A DNA stretch of 40,703 nt from Candidatus Dojkabacteria bacterium (lineage in GTDB: Bacteria > Patescibacteriota > Dojkabacteria > JAOAGR01). A program made the translations under genes and the position numbers. Positions 8,014 to 17,735 of the stretch are shown here, piece by piece. The notes beneath the pieces were generated by a model that was not told the DNA's origin, searched no databases, and saw only the letters and a list, made by a program, of their open reading frames with translations. The first letter of the stretch is position 1, and each line of letters opens with the position of its first letter. The DNA lies in contig AP026679.1 in assembly GCA_025999155.1 (NCBI GenBank), positions 357,996 through 398,698 on the forward strand, written 5' to 3'.

Positions 8014-10956
8014 ATGGACTTGTATCTTCAAAAAATAGTACAACAATTCGATTGGCATAGCCTGCGTGATCTATGGCTGGATTTTAATTTCTCAAGATTT
8101 ACAGACATCAAAACATTATTTGACTACCAACAACAAGCACTGAAAAACACTGCCAAAGCCCTACACAAGTACTACGTTGATTGTGGTGGGGATAAACAGC
8201 AATTTTTCCAACTATTCCTGGATAATGGCCTCGAAGAAAAAATCGATTTAGACCTATACCGCAACAAAAACCTTCAAAAAATATTCGAGCAATTCGATAA
8301 AGATTTCCGAATCCAAGACAATAAAATTGCAGGTTATAACTTCATCAATCGCATGAGCTTCTGGATGGCTACAGGAAGCGGTAAGACCCTGATCATAGTC
8401 AAGATCATCGAACTTCTCTACTACCTCATGAAGCATGGATTAATCCCCCAAAAAGACATTTTATTTCTCACATACCGTGACGATCTACTACAACAATTCA
8501 AAACTCATTTAGATGAATTCACAAAAGCAAATCATTTCCTACTCAATTTCTATAGCCTGAAAGATTACGAAAACAAAAAAAGAGACACTAGACTCTCATT
8601 TGATAATGAATTGACTGTTTTCTACTACCGTAGTGATCTGATCGGAGATCGACACAAAGACAAAATAATAGACTTCAAAAACTACGATAATAACGGTAAT
8701 TGGTACATTATTCTTGATGAAGCACACAAAGGAGACAAAGAAGACAGCAAACGCCAACAATTCTACTCTATCTTATCGCGTAATGGATTTATGTTTAATT
8801 TCTCAGCTACTTTCACGAATGTAATAGATTTCGTAACTTGTGTGTACAATTTCAACCTCGAACAATTCATCCAAAACGGCTACGGCAAACAAATCTATAT
8901 CTCCCACAACAATCTTGATAATCTATCCCTCACGGATAATCTTAATATACAGGCAAAACAACGTGTCATACTGAAAATTCTGTTGCTTCTTACATATATC
9001 AATCAACAAAAAAACCTCATCGGTCCAAACTTCTACCACAAACCTTTGCTTCTGACATTAGTAAACTCAGTAAATACAGAAGATTCTGATTTATTATTGT
9101 TTTTTAAAGAATTAGAAAAAATAGCTTATGCACAAAACGATGATAATATCCTCTCAGCAGCAAAAGCCGAACTATACAAAGAATTAAACAATTACTGCGA
9201 ATTTACCAATGAAAAAATCAAAATCGACTACGAACAAATAGAAAAGTATACCTACCAGGACATATTAGAAAATGTCTTTCACGCAAGTAAATCAGGCAAA
9301 ATAGAAGTACTGAAAATACCCGGTAACAAGCAAGAAATCCTACTGAAACTAACAACAAGTGATAGACCTTTTGGACTCATTAAGATCGGAGATATATCCG
9401 AATGGATCAAAAACAAATTATCAGGCTACGAAATCATCGAAAAATTCGAAAACCAAAGCATATTCAAACAAATAAATAAAAATGACTCAGATATTACTAT
9501 ACTGATGGGCTCACGCTCTTTCTACGAAGGTTGGGACAGCAATAGGCCAAATATTATTCTCTACATTAATATCGGCAAAGGTACAGATGCACGTAAATTT
9601 GTATTACAGTCGCTTGGACGAGGAGTACGTATCGAACCCATACCAGGCAAACGTAAAAGACTCATATCCCTACGAAATAATAATGAAATTGCGCCTGGGG
9701 ATTTCCGAGAAATCCAAAACTATGCGCCAGCACTAGAGACTTTATTTATATACGGGACAAAAGCCGAAAATATCAAAGAAGTCATCGAAACACTAAAGCA
9801 CGAAAAACAAGAAGAATTAATCGGTGATTTATTTGAAATTAATCCGGATATCCAAGATAAAACCCTGTTTATTCCCGTATATACAGAAACCGAAACAATA
9901 CTCATGAATGAAGAACATCCTATCAAATTTGCGATTCATCCTGAGGACTACGAACTGCTAAAAAAATTATTTGCTTATCTGAGCGATAGAGTATTACTAG
10001 TCAAATATAATTGCGATCCAAAAGTATTAAAAAAACTCAGGAATATCTTAGAAACCAAATACTTAGATTATTTCACACTAAGTGATAGAGCAACCAAAAT
10101 ACAAAATCCAGAAGTTTTATTACATAAGATATCCAGACACTTCACGACTAAAGTCAAAGAATTCTCGACTTTCAAAGTCATTGAAAATGAAATACTTCAC
10201 TTCAAACGTATCACTGTATCAAAAGATAAATGCGCAGATTTACGCGACAAAATCATAAAAGTAAAAAAATCCAGATATCACGATCAATACAAAAGCGAGA
10301 TCACGCAAAAATTTTTAGCAAATGAAATAACTATTGATGATTTCGTCCGACAAATCCAGGATATAGCCACAAATCTATCGTCAAATGTAGAAGTTTTTTA
10401 TAGCATCCACGATAAACTAATCATCAAATATTTAGCTAACCATTATTACATACCAATAGCATTAGCTGATTCAGAAAAAATCGACTTCATCAAGCACATT
10501 ATCAAAAACGAAAGCGAACGTAAGTTTATTTATGATCTCGAACAACACCTAGCAAAAGAAGAAAATTTCTTTAGTCAATTTGAATGGTGGTATTTTTCAA
10601 AAGTTGATGAAACTCTCGATGAAATATATATCCCTTATTACCAAGACAAAACAAATAAAATCGAAAAATTCAAACCAGACTTTATTTTTTGGCTTAAAAA
10701 AGAGAATAATTACACGATACTATTTATTGATCCAAAAGGTACCGAGCATACCGATAGTTTCCGAAAAATCGACGGCTATACGAAAGTCTTCCAATCAGCA
10801 AATACGAATTCAGCTATAAGACAGTTTAGTCACGATGGATTGAATATTCAAGTGCGATTATTACTAAAAACTGATAGTAAATCAAAAATACCTGATCCAT
10901 ATAAAGACTATTGGTTTGATAACTTTGATGAATTAAAACAAAAAATAATCGTTTGA
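8014..10956 (+). CDS. res: Type III restriction endonuclease (Res)
   Basis: MATGSGKT Walker A, LDEAH, FSATF, EGWD, QSLGRGVR, C-terminal KPDF...IDPKG PD-(D/E)xK nuclease. Confidence 0.92.
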   Translation: MDLYLQKIVQQFDWHSLRDLWLDFNFSRFTDIKTLFDYQQQALKNTAKALHKYYVDCGGDKQQFFQLFLDNGLEEKIDLDLYRNKNLQKIFEQFDKDFRIQDNKIAGYNFINRMSFWMATGSGKTLIIVKIIELLYYLMKHGLIPQKDILFLTYRDDLLQQFKTHLDEFTKANHFLLNFYSLKDYENKKRDTRLSFDNELTVFYYRSDLIGDRHKDKIIDFKNYDNNGNWYIILDEAHKGDKEDSKRQQFYSILSRNGFMFNFSATFTNVIDFVTCVYNFNLEQFIQNGYGKQIYISHNNLDNLSLTDNLNIQAKQRVILKILLLLTYINQQKNLIGPNFYHKPLLLTLVNSVNTEDSDLLLFFKELEKIAYAQNDDNILSAAKAELYKELNNYCEFTNEKIKIDYEQIEKYTYQDILENVFHASKSGKIEVLKIPGNKQEILLKLTTSDRPFGLIKIGDISEWIKNKLSGYEIIEKFENQSIFKQINKNDSDITILMGSRSFYEGWDSNRPNIILYINIGKGTDARKFVLQSLGRGVRIEPIPGKRKRLISLRNNNEIAPGDFREIQNYAPALETLFIYGTKAENIKEVIETLKHEKQEELIGDLFEINPDIQDKTLFIPVYTETETILMNEEHPIKFAIHPEDYELLKKLFAYLSDRVLLVKYNCDPKVLKKLRNILETKYLDYFTLSDRATKIQNPEVLLHKISRHFTTKVKEFSTFKVIENEILHFKRITVSKDKCADLRDKIIKVKKSRYHDQYKSEITQKFLANEITIDDFVRQIQDIATNLSSNVEVFYSIHDKLIIKYLANHYYIPIALADSEKIDFIKHIIKNESERKFIYDLEQHLAKEENFFSQFEWWYFSKVDETLDEIYIPYYQDKTNKIEKFKPDFIFWLKKENNYTILFIDPKGTEHTDSFRKIDGYTKVFQSANTNSAIRQFSHDGLNIQVRLLLKTDSKSKIPDPYKDYWFDNFDELKQKIIV

Positions 10957-10990
10957 ATCATCCCCTACTATCCACGTAGTCCAAAAAATC

Positions 10991-11025
10991 AAAAAAAATT
11001 AGGGCTGTATAAACAGCCCTTTTTT
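10991..11025. terminator. Probable bidirectional intrinsic terminator
   Basis: AGGGCTGT-ATAA-ACAGCCCT hairpin with an A run on the left and a T run on the right, between convergent genes. Confidence 0.85.
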
Positions 11026-11049
11026 GTATGTTTTGATGATTAATGATTA

Positions 11050-11697
11050 TTAGTTTTGATTATTATACCAACCGTGTCCCCTACCCCCTTTGAAACCACG
11101 AGGTGCCTTTGTTGTCACCATCATGTTGATCTTCTCATCTAATCTACTTTTCATGTCATCAGCCTGTTCTTGAGTAATGACTCCATCACTTACTGCTTTA
11201 TTGATTTTGTCTTCTATTGTCTTTTTTAAAAATTCTTTTAATTCTGATTCAGATTTGCCTTTTTCCTGGGCTATTTCGACTAATGTTTTCTCACGAGATG
11301 CATTGCGTAATTCATCAGATGTCATTCCTAAAAAATTTGCTAAATCATCATGGACAGCCATGACACCTTTTAATCCACCCATGCGATATTTACCTTCCCC
11401 CGTCCATCCTGGGAAATTACCATTTTTTATTCTACTCTCTATTTTTTCTTTGATACGATTTGCTTGTTCTTCGGTAAGTTTACCTTCTTGTACTTTTGCA
11501 TTGATATCTTCATTCAATACTTGCTTATATGCATCTTTTAATTTACTACTTTCAACTCCGACTATCCGAGCGACACGATCTAAGACAGATTCTGAAGGAG
11601 TAGTATTGCTTTGAGCATATACCATTACTCCTCCCGCTGTAGCAGCTAGTGCTAATACACCAGCAACTCCAGCTATGATTTTTGTTGTTCTTGTCAT
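11050..11697 (-). CDS. Secreted helical protein with an internal repeat, probable two-component target
   Basis: Sec signal (VYA|Q); repeats EGKLTEEQA / DGVITQEQA; Gly/His-rich tail. Confidence 0.7.
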   Translation of the reverse strand: MTRTTKIIAGVAGVLALAATAGGVMVYAQSNTTPSESVLDRVARIVGVESSKLKDAYKQVLNEDINAKVQEGKLTEEQANRIKEKIESRIKNGNFPGWTGEGKYRMGGLKGVMAVHDDLANFLGMTSDELRNASREKTLVEIAQEKGKSESELKEFLKKTIEDKINKAVSDGVITQEQADDMKSRLDEKINMMVTTKAPRGFKGGRGHGWYNNQN

Positions 11698-11772
11698 AGT
11701 GTTTTGATATTAATATATATTAAATTAAATTAAATTAATTTAATTTCGGAAATAGCTATTTCCAATATTTAT

Positions 11773-11803
11773 ATTATCTCTGCAATATGAAAATTACATG
11801 AAA
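11773..11803 (-). promoter_or_regulatory. OmpR-type direct-repeat box plus -10 element
   Basis: Minus strand TTTCAT-N5-TTTCAT-N8-GATAAT; same geometry at 13499-13529. Confidence 0.7.
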
Positions 11804-11810
11804 TTCAAAA

Positions 11811-12800
11811 TTAATTGAAAGTCAGTATAAATTCAGTACCCACATCTACCTTGCTTTTGACTGTCATTTTTATGTGTAATTTATCTGCTATTTCTTTTGC
11901 GATAGCAAGACCTAAACCAAAGCCTTCTGTATGTCTATCTTCGGCCACTCTATAGAAACGATCAAATATATGCTTTATTTTGCTTTTTTCTATACCTATT
12001 CCTGTATCTTGTATAGCAAGATAAGTATTGCTTGCTGATTTATATATTTTGATTCTGACTGAACCGTTTTCTTTATTGTATTTAATAGAATTATCAATAA
12101 TCACATAGATGAGTCGTGTTAGAAGTTTTTTGTCACTCTTGATGACAATATCATCATCAGGATATTCTTCATGTAATTCTAGATTTTTCTCCTGTATTCT
12201 AGAGCGAAAATCATTTAGTATTTCCCGCATCAAGTCCTTTAAATCAATATCCTGCAAATGTACTACGAGATGTTCAAGACGTGCAGCCTCAAGCATAGAA
12301 TCAATTAATTTATTTAATCTATCAATATCATTTACGACATTAGTTGCAAATGTCTGATATTCTTCTAATGTAGTACTGGGATTTCTTGTGAGTACTTCTG
12401 CTTCAGTTTTAATATTAGTAAGAGGTGTTTTGAGATCATGTGAAGCATCGGAGATAAACTGTTTTTGTCTATCTAAAGCTGAAAATACTGGTTCAAGAGT
12501 TTTTCCTGACAGATAATAAGATAATGCTACCGATATAATAATTAATACAGAATCCAGCATTATAAGGTTAATAAAATTTTCAAACTTCACTTCATCGGTT
12601 ATTGCTTTGATTCTGTTGTACTCGTCATCCGAAAACCTTCGAATGAACCTCATTCGAGGCGAATCAAGAAATCTATCAATCTGACGTTCCTGACTTTGCC
12701 ATAAAATTACAGAAAAAAATATTATAACAGATAATAAAATAATCGAATACACTATTGTCAACTGGATTCTTTTCTTGTGATATTCACGCTTCATCATCAC
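11811..12800 (-). CDS. Sensor histidine kinase (HisKA + HATPase), 2 TM
   Basis: DASHDLKTPLT H-box, DNSIKY N-box, DTGIGI, FDRFYR, GFGLGLAI. Confidence 0.95.
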   Translation of the reverse strand: MMMKREYHKKRIQLTIVYSIILLSVIIFFSVILWQSQERQIDRFLDSPRMRFIRRFSDDEYNRIKAITDEVKFENFINLIMLDSVLIIISVALSYYLSGKTLEPVFSALDRQKQFISDASHDLKTPLTNIKTEAEVLTRNPSTTLEEYQTFATNVVNDIDRLNKLIDSMLEAARLEHLVVHLQDIDLKDLMREILNDFRSRIQEKNLELHEEYPDDDIVIKSDKKLLTRLIYVIIDNSIKYNKENGSVRIKIYKSASNTYLAIQDTGIGIEKSKIKHIFDRFYRVAEDRHTEGFGLGLAIAKEIADKLHIKMTVKSKVDVGTEFILTFN

Positions 12801-13464
12801 TAATCTTATAACCTAAACCCCTTACGGTTTTTATCAAAGGTTTAGAGTCAGGGAATGCTTTATCAATCTTTCTTCTAAGATTTTTTATATGTGCAGCAAT
12901 AACGTTAGAATTAATATTTCGATCATCATTCCATACATACTCGATAATCCTCGATTCTGAAAGAATAGTATTCCGATGCAATAGTAAAAACTCTAAAATT
13001 CTAAACTCAGTCCTAGATAAATTGATGGGTTTATTATTACGTATCACTGTAAAATCTTTCGGATTGAGTTTCAAATCTCCTACCTGAAGAAATTTTGGTT
13101 GCAAACTTGCCCGACGAACAAGAGCTTTCACTCTAGCGAGAAGCTCATCAAAAGAAAAAGGTTTGGCTATGTAATCATCAGCCCCAATTTCTAACCCTTC
13201 AATTTTATCCTCAACAGCCCCTCTGGCAGTCAAAATAATCACAGGAGTTAAAATATTATGAGCACGCAAAGTACGTAGAATATTTAGGCCACTAATTTTT
13301 GGTAACATCAAGTCCAATATAATGCAATCGTACTCATTTGTCCTAGCAAGCCTTTGGCCTTCCTCCCCATCAAAAGCTAGATCAACAGTAAAATTTTCTG
13401 TACTAAATCCTTTTGCAATTGACCTTGCTAATCTTTCTTCATCCTCTATGATTAAGATTTTCAT
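12784..13464 (-). CDS. OmpR/PhoB-family response regulator
   Basis: IEDE, LDLMLP, LTAR, GADDYIAKPF, winged helix ending IKTVRGLGY. Confidence 0.95.
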   Translation of the reverse strand: MKILIIEDEERLARSIAKGFSTENFTVDLAFDGEEGQRLARTNEYDCIILDLMLPKISGLNILRTLRAHNILTPVIILTARGAVEDKIEGLEIGADDYIAKPFSFDELLARVKALVRRASLQPKFLQVGDLKLNPKDFTVIRNNKPINLSRTEFRILEFLLLHRNTILSESRIIEYVWNDDRNINSNVIAAHIKNLRRKIDKAFPDSKPLIKTVRGLGYKISDDEA

Positions 13465-13498
13465 GATTTATGATCCCGGAATTAATTCAAAATATCAC

Positions 13499-13529
13499 AT
13501 TATCAGATAAGAATGAAAATAAAATGAAA
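13499..13529 (-). promoter_or_regulatory. OmpR-type direct-repeat box plus -10 element (probable autoregulation)
   Basis: Minus strand TTTCAT-N5-TTTCAT-N8-GATAAT. Confidence 0.7.
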
Positions 13530-13808
13530 AACACCCAAGATCAAGCTAACGCAAAGAGCTAGGCAAATCATATAACGTATTCAAGTACCCAAACATATTT
13601 GCATAATACGAACCGTTTAAACTGGATTAAATAATAATAATATTCAAGATAATAACCGTATATTTTGACAGAAAACAGAAGAAAAACACGACAAAGCGAG
13701 ACCTAAACGTACCTACACTTCTGTTTTTGCACGTATTAACTATACCTAGTCTCTCTATTTGCAAGTCATGTGATTACACAATAAGTCATACAATCACTTT
13801 ATCAACTA

Positions 13809-13836
13809 TTGACAACATGAAACAGAACTTTATGAT
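13809..13836 (+). promoter_or_regulatory. sigma70 promoter, leaderless geometry
   Basis: TTGACA-16 nt-TATGAT, 6 nt before ATG 13843. Confidence 0.65.
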
Positions 13837-13842
13837 TGAAAC

Positions 13843-14610
13843 ATGGAAAATATATTTGATCTTACAGGAAAAAAAGCGATAGTGACAGGAGCCTCAAGTG
13901 GGCTTGGAGTCCAATTCGCCAAAGCTCTCGCCAGATATGGAGCTGATGTGGCTATCCTAGCAAGAAGAAAAGAAAGATTAGAAAAATTAGCGGAAGAAAT
14001 TCAATCTATGGGAAGAAAATGCATACCGATCCAATGTGATGTCACTGTCGAGAGTCAAATCCAGCAAGCAGTCAAACAAGTCGAACAAGAATTCGGTAAA
14101 ATAGACATTCTAGTCAATAATGCAGGCGTAGTAAGTGCATATCCTACTGAAGATTTGCCTTTAGATGAATGGAATAGGATTATTCAAACCAATCTTACAG
14201 GAGTATTCCTCATGGCTAAACATGTAGCACAAGTAATGAAGAAGCATGGCACAGGATCTATAATAAATATTTCATCGATTGCAGGATTTGTAAGTTTTGA
14301 GGGCATAAGTGTAGCGGCATATGGAGCTTCGAAAGGAGGTGTTGTCAATTTGACGCGTTATTTAGCATCAGAATGGGGCAAATACGGAATCCGAGTGAAT
14401 TCGATTGCGCCGGGCTTTTTCCCATCCGAGATGACTCAGGCATTTGTAGACGATCCAAATATGTTAGCTTATATCAAATCCCGTACAGCTCTAGATAGAT
14501 GGGGTAAAGACGGTGAATTAGATGGACTATTAATCTATCTTGCATCCGATGCATCAAGCTATACGACAGGGCAAAATATAGCTGTGGACGGCGGATGGCT
14601 TGCAGAGTAA
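13843..14610 (+). CDS. Short-chain dehydrogenase/reductase (gluconate 5-dehydrogenase-like)
   Basis: TGASSGLG, NNAG, YGASK, PGFF. Confidence 0.92.
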   Translation: MENIFDLTGKKAIVTGASSGLGVQFAKALARYGADVAILARRKERLEKLAEEIQSMGRKCIPIQCDVTVESQIQQAVKQVEQEFGKIDILVNNAGVVSAYPTEDLPLDEWNRIIQTNLTGVFLMAKHVAQVMKKHGTGSIINISSIAGFVSFEGISVAAYGASKGGVVNLTRYLASEWGKYGIRVNSIAPGFFPSEMTQAFVDDPNMLAYIKSRTALDRWGKDGELDGLLIYLASDASSYTTGQNIAVDGGWLAE

Positions 14611-14804
14611 GAAGTTTATTAATAAATATACTCTACTGAATTTTGATTACTACGGAGCTGTATTGGCTCTTGTCTATGCTGGCTATCCCCCGGAAAATAC
14701 TCAAAAATAATTAGACAATTTGTGTCGTTGCGAATACGTGATTTTATTAGATAGCTAGTCCTACCTGAAAAAGCTTATATTAGCGGTGTTTTGTATATCT
14801 GTGA

Positions 14805-15899
14805 TTATTTTCTTGCTAGAGCTAGATTAATTAACTTATCTAATAGCTCACTGAAACTCAGCCCACTATATTCCCATAATTTCGGATACATGCTAGATTT
14901 GGTAAAACCAGGAATTGTATTAATTTCATTTAGATAAATCAGACCATCTTCACTATAGAAAAAATCAATACGACACATACCAGTGCATTCTAGAATTTTA
15001 AAGGCATGTTTCGCTATCTTTTGAATATCACCAGCAACATCTGTAGGTATATCTGCTGGTATTAATAATTCAGCTCCATTAGGATCAACATATTTAGCAT
15101 CATATGAATAAAATTCGTGATTAGGCTTCACTTCTCCAACTACACTTACCTTTGGATCGGTATTATAACCAAGTACGGACACTTCTAATTCACGTCCTGG
15201 TATATACTTTTCTAATAAAACCTTAGAATCGAAGTTAAATGCGTGCTCTACAGCTTGCATCAGTTCTTCAAAAGACTTTGCTTTTGATACACCCACCGAT
15301 GAACCTTGGCAAGAAGGTTTCACAAATATAGGAAAGCTAAGCTCTGTACTATATTGCCTTAAGGTATCAATTGTATAATCCCCTTTTCGTAAAGTACGAA
15401 AATTAACCACATTTATACCAGCATGTCGCAAAAGCCTTTTTGTCACATCTTTATCCATCCCTATAGCCGACCCCAAAACTCCCGGACCGACATAAGGTAT
15501 ATCCAAAAGTTCGAGATAACCCTGTATACTACCATCTTCACCATAAGTACCGTGCATAACTGGAAATACCACATCTATACCATCTATAATTGTTTCGTAG
15601 GTATAATGTGAGTTATTAATAGATTTTCTTACTAACTTAGCATTTTTTGATCCTCCTATCAAGGCTACTTCTGGTGCATCAGGATTGACTCGAATACTTG
15701 AGACATCATCTACATTGACCAAGATCGATTCGTTTGTATCCATCCTCCATACTCCATCTTTATCTATCCCTATTATCCAAACACTATACTTTTCTCTATC
15801 CAATGCTTGATACACAGATCTAGCAGAAACAAGCGAGACTTCGTGTTCTCTACTCTTACCTCCGCATAAAATTAATAAATTCGTTTTACCTTGTACCAT
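14805..15899 (-). CDS. ddl: D-alanine--D-alanine ligase
   Basis: GGKSREHEVS, HGTYGEDG, GMDK, GSSVGV, YSYDAKY, NEINTIPG. Confidence 0.96.
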   Translation of the reverse strand: MVQGKTNLLILCGGKSREHEVSLVSARSVYQALDREKYSVWIIGIDKDGVWRMDTNESILVNVDDVSSIRVNPDAPEVALIGGSKNAKLVRKSINNSHYTYETIIDGIDVVFPVMHGTYGEDGSIQGYLELLDIPYVGPGVLGSAIGMDKDVTKRLLRHAGINVVNFRTLRKGDYTIDTLRQYSTELSFPIFVKPSCQGSSVGVSKAKSFEELMQAVEHAFNFDSKVLLEKYIPGRELEVSVLGYNTDPKVSVVGEVKPNHEFYSYDAKYVDPNGAELLIPADIPTDVAGDIQKIAKHAFKILECTGMCRIDFFYSEDGLIYLNEINTIPGFTKSSMYPKLWEYSGLSFSELLDKLINLALARK

Positions 15900-16104
15900 G
15901 ACACATTATATGCATTTATGCAAAAACATGCATGCAAAATCTTTTAAATTACTTTTAAAAGCTCATTGTGTGAAATAACTCAATAAACTATTTAATATAA
16001 ATTCAACCATAATGAATCGAAGTAGAAATGAAAAATAAACTAGAGTATGGAGTTTATATAACGGATATAGACATTTTTCGATATCTGTGCTAATATTAAT
16101 TACT

Positions 16105-16503
16105 ATGAGTCTAGAAAACGGAGATTCTAGAAACGGTTACCATGGACTAGACGGTCACCGTGGACCGGAAAACATACTATTGATAGATAGAAAAAATAAA
16201 GGAAAAAATAAAAATAGAACAAATCTGAATGCAGTACTTACAAGTTTATTAGAAACAAAAAAAGGGCAACGGCTTGTCGGAGGTTGTATGGCAGCAGCAT
16301 CGTTAATTTTACTGTGGTTGGCATCCCTGATCCATAACCCTTTGGATAGAAGCGGGGCGCCTACTGCTAATCCAGTCTATAAAACTACTACTCCGGTCAG
16401 TGTTTGTCCACCTTGGCTTAGCTCACCCGATGGATCTCTTAGTAGTTGTTGTTGTTATTGTCATAGTACTAGTACCCCTACCGCAACCAATGAAAATCAG
16501 TGA
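16105..16503 (+). CDS. Orphan single-TM protein, Pro/Thr/Cys-rich (start reassigned to MSLEN)
   Basis: ATG 8 nt after a TAGACA-17-TAATAT promoter; frame stays open for 30 codons past the TGA. Confidence 0.55.
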   Translation: MSLENGDSRNGYHGLDGHRGPENILLIDRKNKGKNKNRTNLNAVLTSLLETKKGQRLVGGCMAAASLILLWLASLIHNPLDRSGAPTANPVYKTTTPVSVCPPWLSSPDGSLSSCCCYCHSTSTPTATNENQ

Positions 16504-17097
16504 GATTTACTTGGTAACCAAAGTAGTGTGACTCCAGCCTTGACTGCCCGGTCGATTGACGAGAATCATAAAGATATAGCGGCAATTAGGAGGTAATGAA
16601 ATTGTACTTGACAGAATTAGATTATTGAAATGTCTACAACCCCAGAACTGCATTATTCACGCACTTTGTGATTTGATCCTTATTCGAGAAACAAGGAACG
16701 TATTTGAATTATTTAATAACATTAGCGCCTACCTGCACAGATAGTTTTAGTTTAGATAAGTTTTACAGCTAGTTTGTTAATATTACTATCCTATTGGACA
16801 CTGTGAAAATATTCGATAACTATACATATGACTTCGGATAAATTTATTCCTATACTGACAACATTTTCTATACTTATTCTATACTTACAGATAATAAGGT
16901 CTTTTATGTAAGTGTACCAAGTAACTTTACGGCAGTTACAATAAGATAATCACCTGACTAATCAAAAAAAATAGATATTTGAATCCTGAAATTCTTTGTA
17001 AAAAAGTAAGTTAAGGAAGGCAGGATCAACCCAGGCATCATGAAGTTTATATATGAATTATAGACAATTATAGATACATCAGATAAAATTATTTATT

Positions 17098-17586
17098 ATG
17101 GGATTAGAAAATAGTCCGCAGGAAGGTTCGAACCGATCACTATCTGACACTGCAAAAGCACAATTATACAAAGAAATAGAAGATATAGTCAGACAACCTC
17201 ACGTACAAAAACAAGAAAGAGCCATACGTATAGGATGTGTTATAAGTGGACTGATGTCGGCTATGTTGTTTGCAGGTATATGTCTTATAATAAAAGAATA
17301 TCAAATGCTAGATGATATTTATAGGATCTTGAACCATTGGTTTAATTTTTTTCCCATCCCGGAGCAAGGTGTATACTCGAATCTTGGTTCCGTCGCTACT
17401 GTTAATCCTAGTGATTCCTTTCGTGGTGTAGAGTGTGTAGAGTTTTGTCCTCCTGTTCTTACTATTTTGGGCGGGAACATTAAAACTCCCTCCATTCTTA
17501 GCCTGACTATTGGACTTCCGGCATACGATGGACCATCCATCCCCGATGAAGAACCATCCATCCTTGATACCGAGTCACTTAGCTGA
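17098..17586 (+). CDS. Orphan single-TM protein, probable distant paralog of 16105
   Basis: MGLEN start; TAGACA-17-TAAAAT promoter; shared TxNP...CPPxL motif. Confidence 0.55.
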   Translation: MGLENSPQEGSNRSLSDTAKAQLYKEIEDIVRQPHVQKQERAIRIGCVISGLMSAMLFAGICLIIKEYQMLDDIYRILNHWFNFFPIPEQGVYSNLGSVATVNPSDSFRGVECVEFCPPVLTILGGNIKTPSILSLTIGLPAYDGPSIPDEEPSILDTESLS

Positions 17587-17735
17587 GTTACTGAGTTAAT
17601 TGCTATCACTATAGCAAGACTGTAGTTCTTCATAACAAGTCCGCACGCGGTCAGAGAACAAGATTTCTGCTATTCATAACACAAGATGTATACTTTCATT
17701 AAGGTTAAGATTGCATATAATTTTTAATTCTATAT

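Noticed and set aside
13672-13727. Inverted repeat AAAACAGAAG...CTTCTGTTTT as a possible ncRNA or riboswitch
   Set aside because: Single 10-bp stem with no recognisable family motif, located upstream of an apparently leaderless promoter
17319-17633. Antisense 104-aa ORF and other short antisense or nested ORFs in the track
   Set aside because: They overlap better-supported genes and have no motifs or promoter support
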